A stretch of DNA of 64,000 bases, taken from contig JBAZRE010000003.1 of the NCBI GenBank assembly GCA_041663025.1, forward strand, positions 2,157-66,156. Direction: 5' to 3'. Positions 1 through 8,765 of this stretch are shown one piece after another; position 1 is the stretch's first letter; every line of letters starts with the position of its first letter. The notes beneath the pieces were generated by a model. It made no database searches, was not told where the DNA came from, and saw only the letters and a program-made list of their open reading frames with translations. A program made the translations under genes and the position numbers. The stretch comes from Minisyncoccota bacterium. GTDB taxonomy: Bacteria; Patescibacteriota; Minisyncoccia; Phycocordibacterales; Phycocordibacteraceae.

Positions 1-366
1 GAGCTCAATATCTTGTAACACCAAGAGATGTTTCACTTCTTGTGTGGTGCGATTCTTGCTGTCGGTCAACGCATCAACAAGGATCGCAACACCACCCGGA
101 CCATACGCTTCATACACCACGCGCTCGAGATTCCCCGAGTCTTTTGACATACCCTTCGCGATCGCTCTCTCAATATTATCCTTCGGCATGTTCGCGGCTT
201 TTGCTCGCGCAATAACGACTGAGAGTCCTGGAGCAGAGAGAACACCATTCGCCTTCTTAGATTCAAGGGCGATAAGGCGCGCGTAGCGCGAGAAGACACG
301 ACTCTTGGCGGCATCAGTCGTCGCCTTCTGCCGTTTAATCTGAGACCACTTACTGTGTCCGGACAT
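1..366 (-). CDS. yebC: YebC/PmpR family DNA-binding protein, N-terminal 122 codons; the gene runs off the window start
   Basis: Minus-strand frame absent from the ORF track. Reverse complement from the ATG at 364-366 reads MSGHSKWSQIKRQKATTDAAKSRVFSRYARLIA...NIERAIAKGMSK, the YebC N-terminal signature, and is open to position 1. The track ORF 66..398(-) is a different frame. Confidence 0.75.
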   Translation of the reverse strand, partial: MSGHSKWSQIKRQKATTDAAKSRVFSRYARLIALESKKANGVLSAPGLSVVIARAKAANMPKDNIERAIAKGMSKDSGNLERVVYEAYGPGGVAILVDALTDSKNRTTQEVKHLLVLQDIEL

Positions 367-444
367 AGTTTAATTAAATGATACTGCTCGCGAAGCAAAG
401 GAGCAAAACAGCGGTCGCGCTCCGGGCCGCTAAGCCAAGTCTTA

Positions 445-1446
445 CTACCGCTTTTTTTGCTCCTCTGCTTCGCTTAAATATGCACGACCTTTGGGTGTGA
501 GAAGGCGACCGCGCGAAGAGCGCTCGATGAAGCCGAGGCGCAGGAGGTAGGGCTCATACACATTTTCAATAGTGTCAGGTTCTTCGTGAATGGCTGCGGC
601 GAGCGCGCGAACGCCGGCGGGGCCGCCTCTGAAGCTTTGGAGAAGGGTTTCAAGATACCGACGATCATCTTTGGTGAGGCCGAATGCGTCAATGCCAAAA
701 AGCTCACAAGCCTCATCACAGAGCTTTGCAGAGAGTTTGCGCTCGTGTACCTCAGAGAAGTCGCGAACGCGCTTCAGAAGCGCGTTCGCGACGCGCGGAG
801 TCGCACGGCTTCTTGCCGCAACACGCTCTATAACTTCTTCGGGAGCAGAGAGCTCCAGGAGTTTGGCCGAACGACGAATGATATCGCGCAAATCAGCGTC
901 TTCATAAAAGTCGAGTTGATACACACCACCACCAAAGCGCGAGCGCAGCGGCCCTGAGAGCTCCGCGACACGCGTCGTTGCGCCGACGAGTGTGAAGGGA
1001 GGGAGGGCGAGCTCCACTGTGCGTGCCGAAGGGCCTTTCCCCAACACAATGTCCAGATGCCCTGATTCAAGAGCGGGGTAGAGGAGCTCTTCTATCTTTC
1101 TCGAGAGACGGTGAATTTCATCTATAAATAAAACAGTATTTGGTTCAAGATTAGTGAGTATTGCCGCGAGATCGCCTGCGCGCTCGATAGCGACGCCAGA
1201 GGTACTCTTCAGTGGCGATTCAAGCGTTATGGCGACGAGGTGTGCGAGAGTCGTTTTGCCCACCCCTGGTGGGCCGTAGAAGAGGAAGTGTTCGGGCATG
1301 CCGCCGCGCTTCTTTGCAGCATCGATCGAGATTCGCACATTCGCTTTTACTTGTTTTTGACCCACATATTCATCCCAGTGGCTCGGGCGTAAGACTGCAT
1401 CGAGTGATGCTGAAAGTGGGGCAGAGGCTTTGGGGGGGGTTGACAT
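445..1446 (-). CDS. ruvB: Holliday junction ATP-dependent DNA helicase RuvB
   Basis: 333 aa with Walker A GPPGVGKTTLA and the RuvB-specific C-terminal winged-helix region. Full-length similarity pattern to RuvB. Confidence 0.9.
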   Translation of the reverse strand: MSTPPKASAPLSASLDAVLRPSHWDEYVGQKQVKANVRISIDAAKKRGGMPEHFLFYGPPGVGKTTLAHLVAITLESPLKSTSGVAIERAGDLAAILTNLEPNTVLFIDEIHRLSRKIEELLYPALESGHLDIVLGKGPSARTVELALPPFTLVGATTRVAELSGPLRSRFGGGVYQLDFYEDADLRDIIRRSAKLLELSAPEEVIERVAARSRATPRVANALLKRVRDFSEVHERKLSAKLCDEACELFGIDAFGLTKDDRRYLETLLQSFRGGPAGVRALAAAIHEEPDTIENVYEPYLLRLGFIERSSRGRLLTPKGRAYLSEAEEQKKR

Positions 1447-1780
1447 AAAAATGCTGTGATGCTAGCATTCTATCACGGTTTGTTGCTCCTGTTCATACTC
1501 CTCTAGGCAAGGCTTGACGGCTTTGGGCGTTTCCCCAAGGATTTTCTGGTTCAGAGCTTCGGCTGTGACGCTGGGAATCTCCTCAGGTGTTACGTCTTCC
1601 CCGCTTTACAGCGGGTTTTGCCTTGAGGATTATGGACGGGAAGAGAGGTCAGAACAATGTTGAGTAATCTCATATATTGTTCTGCGCCGAACGACCGTTC
1701 ATATGCTTACATATGGACGGGATTTTTGTTTATCCACACCCCACTTGCAGATGTATCCCAAATGGGATACACTCAGAGAT

Positions 1781-2053
1781 ATGAGTACAGCAACAGCGAA
1801 AACAACTTTTATACGGGCACGGGTTAATCCGCGTTTGAAGCGCGAGGCAGAGACGGTGTTTCGTGCTATTGGTGTAAATACTACCAGCGCGGTAACCATG
1901 TTTTTGAAACAAGTATCCATACGAAAAGGAATGCCGTTTGACGTGTGCGTACCAAACGAAGAAACCATACATGCGTTTAATGAAAAACTTAATCCCCGTT
2001 CAGCTTATATGGACGCGGATAAACTTATGGCTGATATTTTGACCGGCGCATAA
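1781..2053 (+). CDS. dinJ: RelB/DinJ family antitoxin
   Basis: Internal Met27 of track ORF 1703..2053. MSTATAKTTFIRARVNPRLKREAETVFRAIGVNTTSAVTMFLKQVSIRKGMPFDV matches the DinJ ribbon-helix-helix antitoxin pattern. It directly abuts the toxin ORF. Confidence 0.7.
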   Translation: MSTATAKTTFIRARVNPRLKREAETVFRAIGVNTTSAVTMFLKQVSIRKGMPFDVCVPNEETIHAFNEKLNPRSAYMDADKLMADILTGA

Positions 2054-2332
2054 TTGAATATCTCTATGCGCTCTGTACTCACAACTGAAAAGTACAAACG
2101 CGATGTGCGGCGATTATATAAGAAACATTACGAAGTCCGTTTTCTCTCAACAATCACAAAAATATTGCAAAGAGATGGTGTTGTTCCAATTCAATATGAA
2201 CCGCACAAACTACATGTCAAATGGTCTGGATATCTTGAGTGTCACTTAGCCAAAGATTGGTTGCTTATATATCGGACAGACGCAAGGTTTGTGTATCTCT
2301 ACAGAACCGGAAGTCACAATGATTTGTTTTGA
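2054..2332 (+). CDS. yafQ: YafQ/RelE family mRNA interferase toxin
   Basis: 92 aa. ...HKLHVKWSGYLECHLAKDWLLIYRTDARFVYLYRTGSHNDLF is the YafQ/RelE C-terminal signature. It starts immediately after the dinJ stop. Confidence 0.75.
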   Translation: MNISMRSVLTTEKYKRDVRRLYKKHYEVRFLSTITKILQRDGVVPIQYEPHKLHVKWSGYLECHLAKDWLLIYRTDARFVYLYRTGSHNDLF

Positions 2333-4018
2333 CTACCTCGGCAAATCAACCGTGTCGGCGACTTCGGAGAGGGAGGTGATGCCGGCGAGCGCCTTCAAGA
2401 TGCCATCTTGTGCCATGGTGAGGTAGCCCTGCTTCGCGGTGAGCTTCGCGATTTCATTTTCTGGAGGATTGTCGCGGAGGAAGGTTGCTAGCTCATCGTC
2501 CATAAAGATCGCTTCATAGAGGCCGACACGGCCGTGATAACCAGTCTCTTCATCACTCGCAGGAGCGGCATCCCAGATGGTCTCGATTTTTTCAGGAATG
2601 AGCGATTTGTCGGTGAGGGGCTCAAACACTTTTACAATCATCGCCTTCTCTTCATCGGTGAGAGGGCGTTCTTTTTTCTTATTCGGATCTAGCTTGCGCA
2701 AGAGGCGCTGCGCCATAGAGACGGTGACTGCCGAGCCAAACGATTTTGGATCTACACCAAGATCTGCAAGGCGTGGGAAGGTGCCTGCAGCGTTGTTGGT
2801 GTGAAGTGTCGAGAAGACGAAGTGGCCCGTGAGTGCCGCTTGGATGGCAATGTCTGCTGTCTCACCGTCGCGAATCTCGCCGACCATGATGATATCAGGG
2901 TCTTGGCGCACTATTGATTTTAGTCCTTCGGCAAATGTGTATTTCGTCCCCTCAACCTGCGTCTGTACAATACCGTCCAAGTGATATTCAACCGGATCTT
3001 CGATTGTAATTATTTTAATTTCAGGCGTGTGGATCTCGCGGAGGAATGAATAGAGCGTGGTTGTTTTACCACTGCCAGTGGGGCCGGTGGTGAGGAGCAT
3101 GCCGTTGGGGCGTCGAATCTCGGTCTCAAGTCGTGCCAAGAGTTTGGGCTGAATACCAAGCTCCTTATACGAAACCTTAGTCGCCTCTGGATTGAGCACG
3201 CGCATCACAATTGCCTCGCCATAGTTGCCGGGGATGAAGGAGACACGCATCTCGATGGCGTCACTTTCGCGCGAGACACTGAATCGACCATCTTGTGCGC
3301 GATTGGTGATATTGAGCTTGATGCCCGCGAGTAGTTTGATACGCGAGTTGAGCTGGTGATAGGTCGCTGGGTCAAAGAAATACGCATCAACCAGAACGCC
3401 GTCAATACGGAGACGCAGGCGTGTTCTCTCCTCTTCTGGCTCGAAGTGAATGTCAGAAGATCGGAGTGCGAATGCTCCAGCGAGAATGATCTCTATAATG
3501 CGCGAGACACGATCAAGCGACTTGAGCGTTGTGGCGTCGTCGATCTCTTGCTTCAATGCACCGCGTCCACCATTCTCCTTCGTGAGTTTTGCGAGCACTT
3601 CTTGACCAACCGCCACACCACCTGCCCTAGACTCAGTCGCGAATAAAAGATCAGCATACCGAACAAAGGCTTTCTCAAGACTTTTCTCTGAGACGAGAAA
3701 TTCTTGCAGCGTAAATTTGCGTTCTATAAGCTCTTTGCGAAGTTTTATGAACGCTGGATTGTTTGGATTGTGTATGGCGAGCGATAGAACCTCCGCAGCA
3801 CGCGCAAATGCCGCCACCTCCGCAGCACGCGCATCCGCTTCGGGTATGGTGCGGAGTGCGTCGCTGTCAATCTCCTTCAGTGAGAGGTCAACATAGGTCA
3901 TGCCGTATTTCTCAGATAGGATACGTGCCACATCCTCCTCTTCTCTCTCGTACACCTCGGCAAGCTTGCGTGTTTCTTGGTCAGTATCAAATGGTAGGTC
4001 CATAAGCGTATAATACAC
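2333..4018 (-). CDS. pilB: Type IV pilus assembly / type II secretion ATPase (PilB/GspE family)
   Basis: 561 aa with N-terminal GspII_E domain, Walker A GPTGSGKTTTLYS, Asp box, His box and Walker B of secretion ATPases. Confidence 0.85.
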   Translation of the reverse strand: MYYTLMDLPFDTDQETRKLAEVYEREEEDVARILSEKYGMTYVDLSLKEIDSDALRTIPEADARAAEVAAFARAAEVLSLAIHNPNNPAFIKLRKELIERKFTLQEFLVSEKSLEKAFVRYADLLFATESRAGGVAVGQEVLAKLTKENGGRGALKQEIDDATTLKSLDRVSRIIEIILAGAFALRSSDIHFEPEEERTRLRLRIDGVLVDAYFFDPATYHQLNSRIKLLAGIKLNITNRAQDGRFSVSRESDAIEMRVSFIPGNYGEAIVMRVLNPEATKVSYKELGIQPKLLARLETEIRRPNGMLLTTGPTGSGKTTTLYSFLREIHTPEIKIITIEDPVEYHLDGIVQTQVEGTKYTFAEGLKSIVRQDPDIIMVGEIRDGETADIAIQAALTGHFVFSTLHTNNAAGTFPRLADLGVDPKSFGSAVTVSMAQRLLRKLDPNKKKERPLTDEEKAMIVKVFEPLTDKSLIPEKIETIWDAAPASDEETGYHGRVGLYEAIFMDDELATFLRDNPPENEIAKLTAKQGYLTMAQDGILKALAGITSLSEVADTVDLPR

Positions 4019-4021
4019 TGA

Positions 4022-4462
4022 ATGGAGGCATTGGTTAAAACACTTGTAGAACTAGAGGCAGAAGCTGCGCGGTTTGTGGGTGTGCTCGCGCCGAGTCCGC
4101 GAGGCGCGACGCTCGTCACTCTCTCGGGCGACCTGGGGGCAGGGAAGACGGCTTTTACCAAGGCGGTCGCACGCACTCTTGGTGTTGACGAGATGGTTAC
4201 GAGCCCCACGTTCGTCCTCGAAAAGATTTATAAACTTGGACATCCGATGTCCAAGTTCAAACGGCTGGTTCATATTGATGCCTATCGGCTTGAGGCAGGA
4301 AATGATCTTGCGCCGCTTGGTTTTGACGAGCTGATGCAAGATGCTGGCAATCTGATTCTGCTTGAGTGGCCAGAAAAAGTTGCTGATGCTCTCCCTACTC
4401 CTGCCGTGCGAATATCTCTAGCGGTGCTTCCAAATGATTCACGCATGATTACCTATGGCTAA
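4022..4462 (+). CDS. tsaE: tRNA threonylcarbamoyladenosine biosynthesis ATPase TsaE
   Basis: 146 aa. LSGDLGAGKTAFTKAVARTLGV...TSPTF matches the TsaE/YjeE P-loop family. Confidence 0.8.
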   Translation: MEALVKTLVELEAEAARFVGVLAPSPRGATLVTLSGDLGAGKTAFTKAVARTLGVDEMVTSPTFVLEKIYKLGHPMSKFKRLVHIDAYRLEAGNDLAPLGFDELMQDAGNLILLEWPEKVADALPTPAVRISLAVLPNDSRMITYG

Positions 4463-6854
4463 GAAAACACCAGCGAAGAAAAGAATAGTGCTTCTTGATA
4501 CACACGCGATTATTCATCGCGCGTATCACGCCTTGCCAGAGTTTACTGGTCCCACCGGTGCGCCGACAGGCGCTCTCTACGGACTTGTCTCAATGTTGCT
4601 TAAGATTATTACCGATCTCAAGCCCGATTATATTGCTGCATGCTACGACTTGCCCAAGCCGACGATTCGTCATGAGGCATATGAGGGATATAAGGGCACG
4701 CGAGGCCCAACTGATGACGCGCTTGTTGAACAGCTCAAAGAATCGCGAAAGGTGTTTGAGGCGTTCTCTATCCCGACGTATGAAAAAGAAGGATTCGAAG
4801 CCGACGATATTCTCGGCACGATTGCCGAAAAGATAAAAAATACTGCAGATGTCATAATTGCGTCGGGTGACATGGACACGCTCCAGCTTGTCGACGATGA
4901 GCGGGTTCGAGTCTATACCTTAAAAAAGGGCATCAATGACACAATTCTCTACGACGAGAAGGAAGTCATAGCGCGATTTGGTTTCTTACCCTCTTTGATT
5001 CCCGATTGGAAGGGTCTTCGTGGCGACCCCTCTGACAACATTAAGGGCGTGAAGGGTATCGGCGAGAAGACCGCGACCGAACTTGTTACCACATTTGGCA
5101 CAATTGAAAAAATATATGTAGCATTAAAAAAGAGCGACGCGGCATTTACAAAAAAAGGTATCAAACCTCGTGTTCTTGCGCTTCTGAAAGAAGGTGAAGA
5201 AGACGCGCGCTTTTCAAAATCACTAGCCACAATACGATGCGACGCACCCGTCGCTTTTGTTTTGCCAGAAAATGACTGGAGAGAAAACGTCGAGATACAA
5301 AAAGTGCTCGCGATGTTTGATGATTTTGGTTTCAGGTCGCTGAAAGCGCGGATGAGGACCGTTCTCGGCGCACAAACGCAATTTGATGAACCTTTGGGTC
5401 CGCACACGACGGATAACGACAGATCAGACGCCACGCCAAAGCCTTCACAAATTGCGCCGGAGCGTCTTGCGGAAGCCGGCGTTATGCTCTGGCTCATTTC
5501 GTCAGACTTCACGAACCCATCGCTTGATGACATTCTCGCATTTACCAAAGAGCGAACTTTTGACGCGGCATATGCGGTGCTCGAGAAGCAGCTTGCAGAG
5601 CTCGGCAGAGTGCGTGATGTGTATGAAAAAATTGAGAAACCACTCATTCCTGTTGTTGATCAGATGGAGATACGAGGCATTCTTGTTGATCCCAAGGTAC
5701 TAAGTGACCTCGACAAGAAGTACAGCGCTGAGCTCTCAGAAATAGAAAAACGCATTTATAAAGACGCCGGACGCGAATTTAATATCAACTCGCCGAAACA
5801 ACTCGGAGAAGTGCTGTTTGACGAGTTGAAAATTATTCCAGAGAGACAAAAGAAAACAGCCGGCGGTCAGCGTTCAACACGCGAAAGCGAGCTTGAGAAA
5901 ATGCGCGAGATGCACCCGATTATCAGCGACATTCTTGAATACCGCGAGTTGAAAAAATTGCTTTCAACCTATATTAAGAATCTGCCGCCGATGCTCGACG
6001 CGGAGAATCGCCTCCACGCGGAGTTTATTCAGACCGGCGCGGTTACCGGACGCATGGCAAGTCAGAATCCGAACCTTCAGAATATCCCTCTGCGTTCAGA
6101 GCGCGGGCAGGCGATACGCCACGCATTTGTTGCGACGAATGGATTCACGCTTGTCTCAATTGATTATTCGCAAATAGAATTGCGGCTCGCCGCAATTCTC
6201 TCGGGGGATGAAAAGCTTTGCGAGATATTCCGCACCGGCAGGGATGTACACACTGAGGTTGCGGCGCGCGTCTTCCGTGTTGCGCCAGAAAAAGTTTATG
6301 CAGAGATGCGTCGCCGCGCCAAGGTGATCAACTTCGGCATTCTCTACGGCATGGGAGTAAATGCACTTCGCGCACAGCTCGGTTCGACTACTGCCGAAGC
6401 TCACCAGTATCTTGAAGATTATTTCACCACCTTCAAAACACTTGCAGAATATCTTGAAAGCACGAAAGGATTTGCGCGTAAGCATGGTTATACTGAGACC
6501 CTATTTGGCCGTCGTAGGCAGTTCCAAGAGATGAAGTCATCTCTGCCGTATGTGCGCGCGCAGGCCGAGCGCATGGCGATTAACGCGCCAATACAAGGGA
6601 CGTCGGCAGATATGATTAAGCTCGCGATGGTAGAAGTACACAAGATGCTTGAAAAGAATAGTTGGACTGAAGATGCGCACCTCCTCCTTTCTGTGCACGA
6701 TGAATTAGTGTACGAGATTCACGATAGTCAAAAAGATGAGATTGGCGCGCAGATTAAAAAAATAATGGAGTCTATGCTTTCAATCAAAGAAACAAACGGT
6801 GTGCCGATTGTTGCAACGATGAAATCAGGCCCAAACTGGGGTTCATTAACATGA
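4455..6854 (+). CDS. polA: DNA polymerase I (5'-3' exonuclease plus polymerase domains; no obvious intact 3'-5' exonuclease motifs)
   Basis: 799 aa. N-terminal FEN/5'-3' exo domain (LLDTHAIIHRAYHA), polymerase motif A (DYSQIELR) and motif C (VHDELV). It overlaps tsaE by 8 nt. Confidence 0.9.
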   Translation: MAKKTPAKKRIVLLDTHAIIHRAYHALPEFTGPTGAPTGALYGLVSMLLKIITDLKPDYIAACYDLPKPTIRHEAYEGYKGTRGPTDDALVEQLKESRKVFEAFSIPTYEKEGFEADDILGTIAEKIKNTADVIIASGDMDTLQLVDDERVRVYTLKKGINDTILYDEKEVIARFGFLPSLIPDWKGLRGDPSDNIKGVKGIGEKTATELVTTFGTIEKIYVALKKSDAAFTKKGIKPRVLALLKEGEEDARFSKSLATIRCDAPVAFVLPENDWRENVEIQKVLAMFDDFGFRSLKARMRTVLGAQTQFDEPLGPHTTDNDRSDATPKPSQIAPERLAEAGVMLWLISSDFTNPSLDDILAFTKERTFDAAYAVLEKQLAELGRVRDVYEKIEKPLIPVVDQMEIRGILVDPKVLSDLDKKYSAELSEIEKRIYKDAGREFNINSPKQLGEVLFDELKIIPERQKKTAGGQRSTRESELEKMREMHPIISDILEYRELKKLLSTYIKNLPPMLDAENRLHAEFIQTGAVTGRMASQNPNLQNIPLRSERGQAIRHAFVATNGFTLVSIDYSQIELRLAAILSGDEKLCEIFRTGRDVHTEVAARVFRVAPEKVYAEMRRRAKVINFGILYGMGVNALRAQLGSTTAEAHQYLEDYFTTFKTLAEYLESTKGFARKHGYTETLFGRRRQFQEMKSSLPYVRAQAERMAINAPIQGTSADMIKLAMVEVHKMLEKNSWTEDAHLLLSVHDELVYEIHDSQKDEIGAQIKKIMESMLSIKETNGVPIVATMKSGPNWGSLT

Positions 6855-7552
6855 TTTATCTTTTTTACGGCAGTGATAGTGAGAAGGTGCGCACAAAAGC
6901 GTTTGATTGGGTTGCGGCTGCAAGAAAGAAAGAACCGAACCTCGCATATGTACGCCTTGCGCGCGAAGAGCTCACTGACGCAGCACTTGAAGATGCTGCT
7001 CTCTCTGGAGGACTCTTTGTAAAGCGACTTTTAATATTGATTGACGATCCTTTCCATAATGTGAAGGACATCGTAAGTCCCTCATCAGATGAGGGACTTA
7101 CGATGTCCCAAAATTCAGAAGACATTATTGAAGAGCATCTTGATGCACTTTCCGCCTCTGATAATGCAATTATCATCCTCGCGCCAAAGCTCGCGGCAGC
7201 AAAAGCAAAAAAGATGCTTGCAAAAGCAAAACTTTCTTACGAATTCAATAAGGCTCCCGCGCGAGAAGAGGCGAGAGGTTTTAACGGAAATCTTGTCAAC
7301 GCGCTCGCTGCGCGCTCGCACGAAAAACTCTGGCTTGAAATTAACAGAGCATTACGAGCTGGTGATGCGCCCGAGATGTTGCATGGCCTCTTGCATTGGA
7401 AAGCGCGCGACTTAATGGAGAAGGGTAGTCGCGCATGGACTCCACAAGAATCTCGCGCTCTCTCGCTTTCTCTCATCTCTCTCCTCCAAACCTCCCGCCG
7501 CGGTGGTTTGGATTTACCTCTCTCCCTCGAGAGATTTGCTCTCGCAATTTAA
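6851..7552 (+). CDS. holA: DNA polymerase III delta subunit-like protein
   Basis: 233 aa. Starts on the ATGA overlap with the polA stop. N-terminal IYLFYGSD...KV fits the HolA N-domain. It carries an internal 43 bp palindrome; see findings. Confidence 0.5.
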   Translation: MIYLFYGSDSEKVRTKAFDWVAAARKKEPNLAYVRLAREELTDAALEDAALSGGLFVKRLLILIDDPFHNVKDIVSPSSDEGLTMSQNSEDIIEEHLDALSASDNAIIILAPKLAAAKAKKMLAKAKLSYEFNKAPAREEARGFNGNLVNALAARSHEKLWLEINRALRAGDAPEMLHGLLHWKARDLMEKGSRAWTPQESRALSLSLISLLQTSRRGGLDLPLSLERFALAI

Positions 7553-7559
7553 TTTTCTG

Positions 7560-7632
7560 TGCGCCCGCCGCGGCTCGAACGCGGGACCTTATCCTTAAAA
7601 GGGATCTGCTCTACCAACTGAGCTACGGGCGC
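7560..7632 (-). tRNA. tRNA-Lys (anticodon TTT)
   Basis: Reverse complement GCGCCCGTAGCTCAGTTGGTAGAGCAGATCCCTTTTAAGGATAAGGTCCCGCGTTCGAGCCGCGGCGGGCGCA folds as a cloverleaf. It has a 7 bp acceptor, a GTTCGAG T-loop, and anticodon loop CTTTTAA. Confidence 0.8.
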
Positions 7633-7745
7633 GAGTGAGGCAGAAAGAAACGAGCTTGCTCAATTTCTTTCTCGCCGAACGAGCGCACAGTATGGTAATC
7701 CATATGGGCGCGTAGGTACAACTTACCCTTTTTACGTTCTTTTTT

Positions 7746-8765
7746 CTAGTACCCAAACGCATCCACCGTATTGCCGCCAGTGTCGAGAAGTTTCACCAAT
7801 TCATTTTTTGTACGCCACATCGAGTTTGATCTACCGAGATAGATACGCCACGTGTTGCCGAGGAAGTCAGAATCTTTCTTATGAGCCTCAACACACCCAT
7901 TGTAGTTCATATAGTTCACCAAGAAGTTCTGGCACACACCTGAAGCTCCAATCGGCGGTGTGATGGCAATCTGGCAGCGCGGAAGTGTCTTCACATATTC
8001 AATACACGCTGAATCGCGTATGTAACCGGTACCATAGAAAGAAGCGAGTTCGTCAGATGGCATGGGGCAGTTCTGTGGCAATGACGGAGAGAATGTTTGA
8101 AAGGTGCTGAAATAGCCGATACATTTATTCTCACGGAAAGAAGCGCCGATAGGAGATCTCCCAGAGATGATGATCGCGCGGGTGCCTGGGGTGAGCACGA
8201 TGTGTTGGGACTCGTTTATTGTGCCAGATCTCGGAACCTCAGTGCCCTCAGGGATCACCGAAGTATTCCCGGACGCGTCACTCATAAGTTTCCATCCAGA
8301 GAGGTCGACCGGCATGCTGGCATTCTGAGCAACGGTTATTTCAATGTATTCATTCCCTGCACTTGCTGATGCCGCACCAGAAACAAAGTGATTCATGCTA
8401 ATGAGATTGCGATATATCGACGGGCTGCCAAATGTGCTACCTCCAACAAAAGAAGGGAGTGGTTCTGAATTCCCAGAATAGCCAGTAGTATTCGCGCCAT
8501 CAGATGATCCTGGGAGAGAAACGTTTTGACTGCCAACGCGAAACGGTGCTCGCGGCAATTGTAGGTAAGTGCCACCGCCTAACTCTTGTGGCTCAGCAAG
8601 TGTAGGGCCGGTAAAAGCTATCGGGTGCATCGGACCACCGACTGCAATCCAGATGAGGAAAATGAAAACGAAGATCCCTATGAAGAACCACGCATCGTGC
8701 ATATCACCCATAAATAAATAGTAGCAGAAAGCAGGGGCAGGCGGCAGGGGTAACTTCCAGCTCAC
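7746..8765 (-). CDS. Membrane-anchored lamin-tail-domain (LTD) protein
   Basis: 339 aa with N-terminal TM helix (FFIGIFVFIFLIWIAVGG) and C-terminal LTD-like segment (EYIEITVAQNASMPVDLSGWKLMSDASGNT...LLDTGGNTVDAF). Start codon uncertain. Confidence 0.55.
   Translation of the reverse strand: MSWKLPLPPAPAFCYYLFMGDMHDAWFFIGIFVFIFLIWIAVGGPMHPIAFTGPTLAEPQELGGGTYLQLPRAPFRVGSQNVSLPGSSDGANTTGYSGNSEPLPSFVGGSTFGSPSIYRNLISMNHFVSGAASASAGNEYIEITVAQNASMPVDLSGWKLMSDASGNTSVIPEGTEVPRSGTINESQHIVLTPGTRAIIISGRSPIGASFRENKCIGYFSTFQTFSPSLPQNCPMPSDELASFYGTGYIRDSACIEYVKTLPRCQIAITPPIGASGVCQNFLVNYMNYNGCVEAHKKDSDFLGNTWRIYLGRSNSMWRTKNELVKLLDTGGNTVDAFGY

Noticed and set aside
66-398. Track ORF 110 aa (minus strand) at window start
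   Set aside because: Arg/Ser-rich low-complexity translation. A different minus-strand frame over the same DNA gives a clean YebC/PmpR N-terminus, which I annotated instead.
1599-1619. Hairpin ccccgctttacagcgggtttt, with a similar cccgc-taca-gcggg hairpin at 57407-57427
   Set aside because: Looks like an intrinsic terminator, but no plus-strand gene ends just upstream (ruvB is on the other strand). Possibly an attenuator or orphan terminator. Two loosely similar copies are not enough to call a repeat family.
7640-7680. Hairpin agaaagaaa-(13 nt)-tttctttct between the lamin-tail-domain gene and tRNA-Lys
   Set aside because: No T-run on either strand, so it is not a convincing intrinsic terminator. 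Noted only as possible processing structure.
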